Shown here: piece after piece, positions 10,694 to 22,318 of the stretch
How the letters are laid out: each line of letters opens with the position of its first letter
Numbering within the stretch: the first letter of the stretch is position 1
Assembly (NCBI GenBank): GCA_047495785.1
Contig: JBLDXI010000001.1
Span: 558,001-622,000 of the forward strand
From: Lepidodermella squamata
Taxonomy: Eukaryota; Animalia; Gastrotricha
Direction of reading: 5' to 3'
Length of the DNA stretch: 64,000 nt
Position numbers and translations under genes: made by a program
The notes under the pieces: generated by a model
Told to the model about the DNA's origin: nothing
Database searches by the model: none
The model's input: only the letters and a program-made list of their open reading frames with translations

Positions 10694-12719
10694 ATGCTCA
10701 GGTAAGAATAACCTCGAAATTTGTCTATAGTTGGCACATGATGTTTTTAATTTTAGCCTGGCGCTGATTTGTTGCTTGGCCATCGGAGCATTCGGGGCTG
10801 TTAATAGCCACAGCTACATAATCCAGAGCCTGGTCAGTTCCGATGAGCTCCCGAAGAGACCACCGCCTGGGCTGCTTCGCGCTCAGTCGTATTTTGCGAA
10901 ATATCTCAAAAAACCTCAAACCAGAAAGCCGTCCGGAACTGGTTTTTCGGCGACCAGCAAACGCCCGGCTAACATGACAACGATCCGATCGTCGAATCGC
11001 ACTCGGACAACGCCCTGGGGCGCTTCAAGGGCAACTAAAAAACAGCGCGAGCGAACCAAGTTTTTCGACCAGTTATTTGAGGACTACGACAAGAGACTTG
11101 CACCAATAGCTATTAACGAAAGTAATTTTCTAACTCTGACACAGTGAATAGAACTAATTTTCACAACGAATTATAGCAATGTACATCGAAGCTGCCATAT
11201 TTTTAAACACCTTAGACTCAATCAGCGAAGTGTCTTTCGTAAGCTATTTACAGTCAAAAAGGACCTCGCAGCACTGTGTTTATTTCCAAGGATTATGATA
11301 TGGGCATATTTTTGCGTCTCAAATGGCGGGACCCCCGATTGGCCTATGACCCGATAATGGCTGATGAAAATGACTCGATTAACATTGATGCTTTAATGTT
11401 CGACAATTTATGGATACCGGATCTGTTTTGCTCAAATGAGAAAAGTTCCTACTTTCACACCATAGTGACGCCGAATCGGCTTATCAAACTTTCATCAAAC
11501 GGAACAGTTCTCTACAGCAGTCGTCTTTACTTCACGCTGAATTGCCAAATGGAACTTCATGCGTTTCCGTAATTTTGAATTGTACCGCTTTTTTGTGATT
11601 TTAAATCCTGTTTTCAAGATTTGACAGCCAATTTTGCACATTTCAACTGCATTCTTGTAAGATTTCGATCAAATTTTAATGCCACAAAAGTTACATAAAG
11701 CTTTTTTTGCGTAGATGGGCAACCTGAGCGCTATATGCGGCTAAAATGGGCGTCGACTCCGCTTGAAATGCCGAGAAATCTTCTCATAGCCCAGTTTACG
11801 ATAAACAGTATCGAATTCGAAGATACAATCGTTGAGGCACCCCGAGGCAATTTTTCCAGCCTCATTGTTACATTCCATTTTGTTCGAGACATCGGATTCT
11901 ACGTCATCCAGATCTACGTACCATCATTGTAATTGATTCCCAGCCCAAAATTTCGAATTTAATGGTTAAATTTTCCATTTCAGTCTAACCGTTTTAACGG
12001 CATTCACGGCGTTTTGGATCGACCCACTCGCTGTTCCGGGGCGGGTTAACATTGGAGTTTTCACGACCCTTATCATGGCAAATATGTCATTCAGCTTTCG
12101 AGCCACCCTACCAACTGTCTCCTACATAAAAGCGATAGATATTTGGATATTAGCTTGCACTTTATTCGTCTTTATGGCTCTCGTTGAATATGCAATCGCA
12201 AACGTGCTCTTAAGACAGAAGCCGAAATACGCTACTCCGATGCAGGTTTTATTCGACCTATCCACTACACTGGCTTTCCACGCCGATTTTTCAGCGGCGC
12301 GAAATGCTGGCAACATGTCGGAGGACAACGCGGAAAATTTCCGAAACCTCGATTCTTCGAGCAATAATCGAAAATCGAATATGAATCAAATCGCGAGAGG
12401 TCGGCAACCAGCGCACAGCCAGTCTCAGATGGAAGAGCTTTCTGCGCAAATTATTCTTCTGCGGAAACAGCGGCGCAATTTTTGCTACAGAATTTTGCAT
12501 TACCTGCTACCGGACACTCGCGGGGTGTCTTTTGAGGACCTGTCAGGGCTTGATCGGTGTAACCTGCTCGAGGCAGTGTGTCGGCGCGTTTTCCCAGCCA
12601 GTTTTCTCTTGTTTAACGTCGGCTATTGGGTCACGTATTTGTACTTCCTGAACCTGGTCTCCCACGAGGGAAGTGCGGCTGAACATGGTGACAAGAGCCG
12701 ACATGCCATCGACCAATAA
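10694..12719 (+). CDS. Cys-loop ligand-gated ion channel subunit A (GlyR/GABA-A-like anion clade)
   Basis: Spliced signal peptide ML S|LALICCLAIG. LWIPDLF loop A, Cys loop CQMELHAFPFDSQFC, M1 GFYVIQIYVPS, M2 PGRVNIGVFTTLIM, YIKAIDIW M3, and M4 RRVFPASFLLFNVGYW. Confidence 0.93.
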
Positions 12720-13154
12720 AACTATCATTTCCCAAATCAGGGAAATACATGAGTGATTCTGTTGTTTTGAATGCGAGAAATAAACTAAAAGCAGCCGATT
12801 TGTCATCTTTGGCGTGTTGCTCATAATGTAATAAGCCATCTCAAGCAATGCTTTATCGACCGGATATATAAGCAGGTGGCGCTCTCGCAGATTAAAAAAC
12901 GCGCCTGCTGATGGTGTCTTTTTATTATTTGCCGGCACGCAACTTGAATTTGTCACGCTACGGCCAGAGGACTTGCTCATTACGAAGGCGATGGAGTGCT
13001 TTAAGATTCTGCGTTATATTATTATTGTCGTGCTAGGACAACAACGTATAAAATATTTATTTTCGCATTCACGATAATTCGCAAATCGACTCTGTTTACG
13101 GCCGAGCCGGTTTTTGTGCTTCTCACCTTGACCAATTGGCATTTTAGCAAAAAT

Positions 13155-15087
13155 ATGATGTTTGATAGCCGATTTCTCTGTGCGACCGAGCTGCTGCTAG
13201 CGTTAAGCTGGGCGAGTTGTTCAAACGTGACATTGAGACCGGCCGGGCTGATGTCCGTCTCGTCGTCCTATTTCGGATCTCTTTCGATGAATAAAACTTA
13301 CAGCGCGGTTAAAAAGAAACCAGCAGCTACAGGGATGTCTTTTCCTCGAGCGAATAGGAAACAGCGGCAACGGACCAAGTTCTTCAATAAACTGTTCAAA
13401 GACTACGATAGAAGGCTCAGGCCGAGTAATGGAAGTGAGGGTAGCTATTTTTACAAAGTTCTAACAAAACTTTTTATCATTTTTTTACTTTATAGCAATG
13501 TTGATCGAAGCAGCGATTTTTTTGAACAGCCTTGATTCCGTTAGCGAGATCTCATTCGTAAGTGACTAAATAATTGAACAATATCTACTATAGTAATAAT
13601 CATCTATCATATAGGATTATGATATGGGCATATTTCTAAGACTCAAGTGGCATGATCCTCGGTTAGTCTTCGACCCGGCTGAGACGAATGGCGAGGAAAT
13701 GATAAACATTGACGCGTTGATGTTCGATCAACTTTGGGTCCCGGACCTGTATTGTTCCAATGAGAAACAGGCTAATTTTCACTCGGTCGTCACGCCCAAT
13801 AGGCTGATAAAATTAATGAAAAACGGCACAGTTTTATTCAGCAGCCGTTTTTACTTCACACTTCATTGCCAGGTTTGAGACTTTACTTGATTTTGATTAA
13901 TCATCAGCTAAATTTACCTAATTTTCAGATGGAACTTCATGCATTTCCGTAAGTACTGATAATTACCGAACATGAATTCCTTATAAGCTCCAGCCCCAAT
14001 TTTAGGTTCGACAATCAATTTTGCACATACCAGATGCTTTCATGTAAAGATTCTAATACCTTTCGAAATTCCTCCTTAATAATCTTTGCTATTTAAGATG
14101 GCTACACCGAGAATCATATGCAGCTGCGGTGGGGGCCAATCCCGCTTGAAATGGCCCGGAATATGCTAATTGCTCAATTCGCCATCAACAGCATTGAATT
14201 TGAGGACACTGTCGTCGAGGCACCCCGCGGCAACTTCTCCAGCTTAATTGTCACTTTCCATTTTGTTAGGGATATAGGATTCTACGTCATTCAAATCTAC
14301 GTCCCTTCGTTGTAAGAAAAATCATCTTTTCTCAGGATCTTATCACGTTTCTTCCGATTTTATTTATAGCTTGACTGTTTTAACGGCTTTCACGGCATTT
14401 TGGATCGATCCACTCGCTGTTCCGGGTCGAGTAAACATTGGAGTTTTCACTACCCTTATCATGGCAAATATGTCATTCAGCTTTCGGCGAACTCTTCCGA
14501 CAGTCTCCTACATCAAAGCTATTGATATCTGGATTTTGGCTTGTACTTTATTCGTGTTCTTGTCCTTGGTAGAATACGCTGTTGTCAATGTTGTCCTGAG
14601 GCAAAAACCTGCGAATGATCCCTCATCGGTGGCATCGACGCCTATGTTATCACCCGGGCTCAGCTCGATGCCCCATTTTTCGGAGGACTTTGCCGAAAAC
14701 ATTCAGCACCACAGTGTTGCGAAATCACGCCGGTTGATTCGTCAGCCGACGCTGCGAGAACGCGTATTTTCGTTCGGACGGACATCACATGGCGACGAAA
14801 TGGTGGCGCAAGTGCTCACGCTTCAAAAGCAGCGAAGAAACATCGCTTATCGTTTGCTTCACTATTTAGTACCTCATACTCAGGGTCTAAAATTTAGAGA
14901 GCTTACCGGGTTGGAAAGATGTGATCTGGTCGAGGCTCTCAGCCGAAGAGTTTTTCCTGGCAGCTTCCTGCTGTTCAACTTGTTCTACTGGATAACTTAC
15001 CTCTACTTTTTGGACCTGGTTTCGCATTCAGAAGGGCCATCCGGCGGCGAGCATGGCGACAAAGGCCGCCATGATACAGACGATTGA
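13155..15087 (+). CDS. Cys-loop ligand-gated ion channel subunit B
   Basis: Same architecture. Cys loop CQ|MELHAFP|FDNQFC, M2 PGRVNIGVFTTLIM, M4 RRVFPGSFLLFNLFYW. Confidence 0.93.
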
Positions 15088-15732
15088 AATCAGCTTTGAT
15101 TTTCCCAACTGTTGATTCGTATAGATACAATTGTGCCAAAAGAAATAAAGAATTCGATTTAGTACAGCAATAATATCTACTGCGTGTTTGCTTTTGTTTA
15201 CACAATCTACCTGGGAAGAAAATTGCGGTTTTACGGAAGACATTAGATCATTAATAATGAATTCGCAAAATGATGCGGCAGAAATTCGCGATTGCGAGAG
15301 AGTAAAATCTCACTCATATAGGAGGAGAAATAACAATCAGGTGATGTTGATGGTGATTATACAAAAACAGTGCGCCAACACTACCGCTCGTCAACATGAG
15401 CGTGGGTATGAGTAGCACAGCAAATTTTATGAATTGAGGATAGGCCTCAGGCTATACCTGACCCAATAATATTTCTATCAAGACTCGAAATTTTCATCTC
15501 AGATTTTTAACAGTAATTTTTATAGGCGTCAAATCTCGACACAATAAAGAAGACATTAGACGCCCGCGGCGAACTTCTCTTCTCTTTCTTTATCGATCGC
15601 CTGGCGATAATCAGCAAAAAAGTTATCCACAAACTCAATAAATTTTGATAGCGTGCCTGTCTAAAATGATCAGGTAATTTTCGGCTAGCGCTCATTCCGA
15701 GTTTTTTTTCAGCGAAAAATATATGTCGCAGA

Positions 15733-17652
15733 ATGTCTGAATCTCACGCATCAGTGATTGCTTTCATCTTGATCACTCTTGTACCGAGATCGAATGGCTG
15801 GCGATTCAACGAATTCACGAATGAATCGCTGGCAGAGTTTCGAAACATCTCTGTACCTTCAGTTAGAGGCCCGCCGGGTTTAATGTCACTGAAGGCGCCT
15901 TCGTACTTCGTCAAATTCAACAGCGTCAAGTTTAAAAAGCCAAATTCATATAGTTCGGCGAACAAAACAAACAAACCAAGTTCATGGGATGATCCAGTTT
16001 TCAATTTTCCGCGCGCCTCGCGGAAGCAACGTGAGCTGTCCAATTTTTTCGACAGCTTGTTCAAAAACTACGACAAAAGGCTGCGCCCTACTAATGAAAG
16101 TAAGCGACTGACCTTGACCCTTAGAAAAAAATGTTAACGTATTATTTAGCGATTACCGTAGAAGCTGCGATTTATTTGAACAGCTTGGACTCGATCAGCG
16201 AAATGTCATTCGTTAGTTATTTCAGCTAGAAATTGATCAGCTTGAATCTATTTTTGGGTCTTTACAGGACTTCGACATAGGTATTTTTCTTAGGCTAAAA
16301 TGGGACGACTTGCGGCTGATTTACGATCCGCGAAAGGTCGGCGGGGAAGAAAATATCACGCTGGACGCGCTGCTATACGATCAACTATGGGTGCCTGATG
16401 TTTACTGCTGGAACGAGAAAATGGCTTATATTCACAAAGTTGTGACTCCGAACCGTCTCATCAAGTTATCTCGCAACGGAACTATCCTATTCAGTAGTAG
16501 AATATACTTCACGCTTCATTGCCAGATGGAGCTGCATAATTTTCCGTAAATTTGATAAAAATAATTGCGAATAATGCTTATTTCATGATTCATTTAGCTT
16601 CGACAGCCAGTCCTGCTCCTTTCAACTGTTATCATGTAATTTTGTATTTAGCTTGCAATTTTTTGAATTTACTAATTCCTTTCATCAGATGCTGACCCAG
16701 TTCATAAGATGAAACTGCGATGGGGGCCTCTACCCCTCGAAATGGCTCGAAACCTGCTGATCGCTCAGTTCACAATTCACTCGATAGAATTTGAAAGCAC
16801 CGTTATCAAAACTTCTAGAGGAAATTTCTCCAGTCTCCGCGTTGTTTTCCATTTTGTTCGCGATATCGGATTCTACGTCATTCAAATTTACGTGCCTTCT
16901 TTGTAAGCTCTGGTGTTATTTTCCGCAAATTTCAGTTAATTTTTCTAATTTTTTCTGACAGTCTGATAGTGCTTACGTCTTTCACGGCGTTTTGGATAGA
17001 TCCACTCGCCGTTCCAGGACGAGTAACTGTTGGAGTCTTCACGACCCTCATCATGGCAAATATGTCGAATAGCTTCAAGCGAACCCTGCCGAGTGTTTCC
17101 TACCTGAAAGCTATCGATATTTGGATATTAGCATGTACTGTTTTCGTGTTCCTCGCCCTGGTTGAGTATGCTGTAGTCAACGTGATTTTGCGGCAGAAGC
17201 CGAGTCACAGCAACATTTCCCCGATATCTCCCCGCTATTTGATGACGTCCTCATCGCTTAGCCTTATTGCCATTGGTCGCGAAGATGACGCTGAAAACAT
17301 TTTACACGATGATGACATGAAAAAGATGCCAGAACGGCGGCAAAGACTCGATGATAGCGAGCTGACTAGTTCGCAGTTGCTACTTCTCCAGAAACGGAAA
17401 AGCACGTTCACCTATCGCATATTGTACCATTTACTGCCGGATACGGTTGGCCTGCGATTCGACGAGCTTACAGGCCTGGAAAGGTGTTACTTTATTGAGC
17501 TGGCGTGCCGCAGACTTTTCCCATTCGTGTTTTTCATTTTCAACATAATTTACTGGGTCACTTACCTGCATTTCATGTCGTGGGTTCCACCGACATCGAG
17601 CACTTTATCTGCATCCAGCGGAATCAGTAGTCGTCATGCTATCAATATTTGA
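15733..17652 (+). CDS. Cys-loop ligand-gated ion channel subunit C
   Basis: Signal peptide, YDKRLRP, Cys loop CQMELHNFPFDSQSC, M2 PGRVTVGVFTTLIM, M4 RRLFPFVFFIFNIIYW. Confidence 0.93.
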
Positions 17653-18055
17653 TTTATAATTTATCCAAAATTGAAAATTGAATAAACTTTGATTTCGAGA
17701 TATAGAAGTACTGACTTCCCTCTACCAATTTCAAATTTTTGCTGAATTTTAGAATCTTATTCTACGGCTTATTCAAAGATAATCCAAAAATCGGTTGAAT
17801 TTTGCCTGAAGATACGCGCTAATCCGAATCTACACTTCTAGCGGCAAGGTCGATGGAAATTCTGAAGAAGCAACATAGAGAAAGATGCACTCCACACAAT
17901 CAATTATAAATGAAGCGCAGTATGTGAAGAAAACTGATTGATTTGATACAGCCAGTCTATACACCACTCGGATCGCCTTACCTGAGGGAACCATATCGCA
18001 CCTAAAGTTTTGGTCGCGCACCAGCACTCTTTCAACCATCAATTACAAATCTGTA

Positions 18056-20201
18056 ATGATCTGTTTCAGGTAAAAAATAGAATGATCATCTGTGTGTCAA
18101 AATTACGATTTTTGTTGTTTCTTTTCTTCAGAATACTGATATTTTCAACGTTGGCGCGAGCTGTTGTAGCAAGCGATGGTGATTCATACTTCGCGAGATT
18201 AGCCGAGAAAAAACTGGTTAGATCTCAATCCTACAGCCTTATTGATCTGTCAAACTCATCGCTTTTGGTCGATGAAATCTGGTCTTCCGAGAGCAAGCAA
18301 CTCGACTCCGTTTCGCTGCGCAGGTTTAGAAAATCGTCCGATACCGCCAATGCCACCTTGACAGCTATATTAACCGAACCTGCTTATCAAACTACAGCTC
18401 CTATACAATTTGAGAGTGGCATCATTGAACATATTATTACTGAAGCAAAATTAGAAAATCAGTCCAAAGCTACGGATGTCACTACCCCAGTCCCTCCGTC
18501 GAAAAATTCGAGGAGGCAACGCGAAAGGACTTGGTTCTTCGACAAACTGTTCAGCGAATATGACAAGCGATTTCCTCCTAGCAACGAAAGTAAGCCTTAC
18601 AAAAAATGACCGTTTCTATACTATATTTGTTTTGCAGCGGTTGACGTAGAGGCTGCTATTTATCTCAACAGCCTCGATTCAGTCAACGAGATGACATTTG
18701 CAAGTTTAATCTGTTTTCAATACATTCAAATTCTATGACCCTTTAATTAGGACTTCGATATGGGAATTTACCTGCGTCTAAAATGGAGCGATCCTCGGCT
18801 AAATTTCAACCCAGCCTGGGTAGACGGCGTTGACTCCATCAACATCGACGCTATTCTGTACGAAAAACTTTGGGTGCCCGATTTGTACTGCCTCAACGAG
18901 AAAAAGGCCCATTTTCACGACGTAGTTACACCAAATCGCCTCATTTATCTGTCGAAAAATGGGACAATTTTATACAGCAGCCGGCTTTACTTCACCCTTC
19001 ATTGTCAGATGGAGCTACATGTCTTCCCGTAAGAGAAAATAATTCTTAAAACTATACATGGGCTAATATTCCGATTTCAAGTTTTGACAGCCAATATTGC
19101 ACATTCCAACTGCAATCATGTAAGTAATTTATCCCTCCTTAAAATATATAACCAATATTTTTCTTAAGATGGATATACTGCGCAACGACTGCGGTTAAGA
19201 TGGGCGCCGATTCCTTTAGAAATGGCTCGCAATTTGTTGATAGCCCAATTCAGCCTGGCTAATATCAACTTCGAGGAGGCTGTTATCGAAGGCTCGCGTG
19301 GAAACTACTCAGGCCTCGTTGTCATTTTTCACTTCGTCCGAGATATCGGGTTCTACGTCATCCAAATTTATCTACCTTCTTTGTGAGTTGATTTCAACTC
19401 CAGAATAATATCTATATTTTTGTTAATTTTTTCAGCCTTATCGTATGGACAGCGTTCACGGCATTTTGGATTGACCCTCTTGCGGTTCAAGCTCGCGTAA
19501 CTATCGGCGTTTTCACAACTCTAATCATGGCTAACATGTCATTCAGCTTTCGATCCACCCTACCGGCTGTTTCTTACATTAAAGCCATCGATGTTTGGAT
19601 ATTAGCCTGCACGTTATTCGTCTTCTCGTCTCTTGTTCAATACGCTTTCGTTAGTCTACTGATGAGGCAGAAGCCGAAGACCAATTATTCTGACCACGAA
19701 TGCTCGAGTGACGATGAAGATGGGACTACAGCTGCCTGTAGCGCGGCTACTACGCCCATGACGCCTCGAACGCCCCTCGACCACCGGGGTGTGATCATGT
19801 CGGAGGGCGATGACGAGAACATAAACGAGCTTGAGCGCCGGAAATTATCTATCATGAAGCGGCGCGATCGTCAAGGTGGCATGAATCTGATTCAACTCGC
19901 CGCAGCTAGATATGACCTTCTTGAACAACAGCGTAGAAACCCGGCTTATCGCATGTTGCACCACTTGCTACCTCACACCAGGGGTTTATATTTCTGCGAA
20001 CTTACTGGACAGGAACGGTGTGATTTTCTCGAGGCCATTTGCCGCCGCGTTTTCCCGACAACTTTCCTTCTATTCAACGTGGGTTACTGGGTGACTTATC
20101 TCTACTTTCAGGAGTCAGTGCCACATGGAAGTGCCTTCAGTTCTATGACAAGCTCTGAAGTTGATGGAAAGGACAGGCATATTATTGAAAAACAAGTCTG
20201 A
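18056..20201 (+). CDS. Cys-loop ligand-gated ion channel subunit D
   Basis: Spliced signal peptide MICFR|ILIFSTLARAVVA. Long N-terminal extension, Cys loop CQMELHVFPFDSQYC, M2 QARVTIGVFTTLIM. One GC-AG intron. Confidence 0.92.
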
Positions 20202-20794
20202 AATATTTTATGTCTCATTTGAGCCCGTTCAAAAATTAAAAGTTGAATTCGTGCTGTTTGTTGTTGCGTTGTTGAAGACTGAATTGACAGATAGCATGAA
20301 GTTGAGTTGCCGTCTGAAAACAGCCATCGTAGTGAAAACGCCACAAATGGCAAAAATCGATAGCAAAAAGCCGGTTAAACTGGCAACTATCGAGAATTTA
20401 TAAGACTTGACGGCTTTAGGCTTGCTCGGAGATTGAAGGGCGAGGACAACAGCAGGTATCCAACAACCTGCATTAAAAAAACGAGGGTCAAATTATTTGA
20501 TCCAATCGAATCTAAACGTATAACATTGAGGCTCCAGCCTTAAATTTTCCCGTATTTTTGGCTTTTTTGGGACTTTTTTGGGTCTTTTTAACCGTGGGAA
20601 TTTATTTTAATTTAGATTTTATTATAGCTTCAGGTTTGCCGAAAAACGTAAAATGCTGGCTTCCGAGGTTGGGAACGTTAACAAATTGAGATTTATAGAA
20701 GGAGACTAGAAATTCGAAAAAGATATTTTGGTGAACAATTTAGTGCTGGAACCCTAAATTTATAGGCTCTGCCTTTTGCAGCCCCAATTAGAAA

Positions 20795-21622
20795 TTAGAA
20801 TGGAAAAGGAAACTTTAGATCGGACTTACAATACATTAGATGGCAAACTGCAGCCATTCCAAGCGCGAGTTCAAGAGCTGCCTCTTGCTTTCTCATTCGC
20901 TTGCTGGTATCCAGAGGTCTTTTAGCGTCTTCAGATGAAGGCCGAACAGTGATAGCGGCCGTGAGGCGATCATTCAAAGTTCCGATATTAATTATTTGAA
21001 CGCTCTTGCGTGGCAAATGGTATCTCTTAATTATTCGTTCCTCATCGCTTGAAGCACTGACAATATCTGAATACTCTGAATTTTCTGAATCAGAATCGAT
21101 AAACTCTGTTGGGGTGCAGGCCGGGGCATGTATGCATGACGTTTCATCTTCATCACGGTTCAAGGCAGGCAGGTTTTCCATGATGACGATTTCATCGACG
21201 GATGGCGAGTGAAGTGGCTGCAATTCGACATCTGGTGACGAGTCTTTCAAAGCTGATCGTAAAATTTTGTCGCCGATTGAAATTGTCTTGCTAACTATGA
21301 GGGATGATGTTTCTCGAATTGATTTGATCTCTGGAAATCGAATCACAGGTGATGATGCCAATTCTGTATATTGATGCTGGCTGTTATTGAGCCAAAATAT
21401 AGGTTGAGTAGCCATTATTGGTGAAAAATCAAAAAGAACGAAAAACGACCTATTATCTATGCCTATACTCTGGTCAGGAAGTGTATTTATTCTAGGATGG
21501 AGCCAATTGGCGGCGGTCGATAAAGTTTTCACATGATTCTCAGAGCCTAATGACAGAGTGAAGAACTCTGGCACAAATGATAATCCGAAAATCGCGCAAC
21601 ACATTAGCCGCCGCCCCGCCAA
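20795..21622 (-). CDS. Hypothetical orphan protein (Ser/acidic-rich, intronless ORF); true start uncertain
   Basis: 275-codon open frame in an otherwise AT-rich gap. No recognisable domain. Confidence 0.4.
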   Translation of the reverse strand: MAGRRLMCCAIFGLSFVPEFFTLSLGSENHVKTLSTAANWLHPRINTLPDQSIGIDNRSFFVLFDFSPIMATQPIFWLNNSQHQYTELASSPVIRFPEIKSIRETSSLIVSKTISIGDKILRSALKDSSPDVELQPLHSPSVDEIVIMENLPALNRDEDETSCIHAPACTPTEFIDSDSENSEYSDIVSASSDEERIIKRYHLPRKSVQIINIGTLNDRLTAAITVRPSSEDAKRPLDTSKRMRKQEAALELALGMAAVCHLMYCKSDLKFPFPF

Positions 21623-22318
21623 AAAGCGTCGCGGAAGTATGGCAAATGACGTCAGCTTTATTTTCTTATTACGTTTTTTACGGCCTCAAATCTCGCAATT
21701 GGCTGATAGGATGTATGTGTCCCACTTGTGAGCGATGAACGGCTCTCTGAATCGAATTTTGATGGTTTGTCCGATTCAAGGCGAGAGATAACTGTGGTGT
21801 AGTGCCTATTTGCTGACCGTACTACGATGACCGAGACAATCATAATATGACCCCAAAAAGCAACATATTGTCTTATTAGGGTTTGTACGAATGAATTATT
21901 GACGCAGAAAGGCCGTTCCTGGGATCTCACGCATGTTAAGCTTCTGAAACTAAAATTTTCGGGGTTAATCACAACTCCTTATAAATCCGCCACTGAGCTG
22001 AGCTTGAACACTAAAATGTATTCCCAGAGAGATCTAAAGGCCAGCAGTATCGAAACCAAAGCGGATGAATCAATATATTGTGGTTGGCGCAAATAAATCC
22101 CGGTAATTAAAGGAAGAAAAAATGTATCCATCAGACTAAGTATTTGGGACTGCTTTGGCTTAATGAATAACGAGGATGTCTATTTCAGGCTTCAAGAATA
22201 ATGCGCCACTTTTTGCCTCACTGAAATTCAATGTGCTTCCTGTGCCAGGTGTCGTGTCGCGTGCACTCTCGAGCTGCCTCGAAATGCTTACCAAAACTTC
22301 ATCATAATTAAATTTAAA

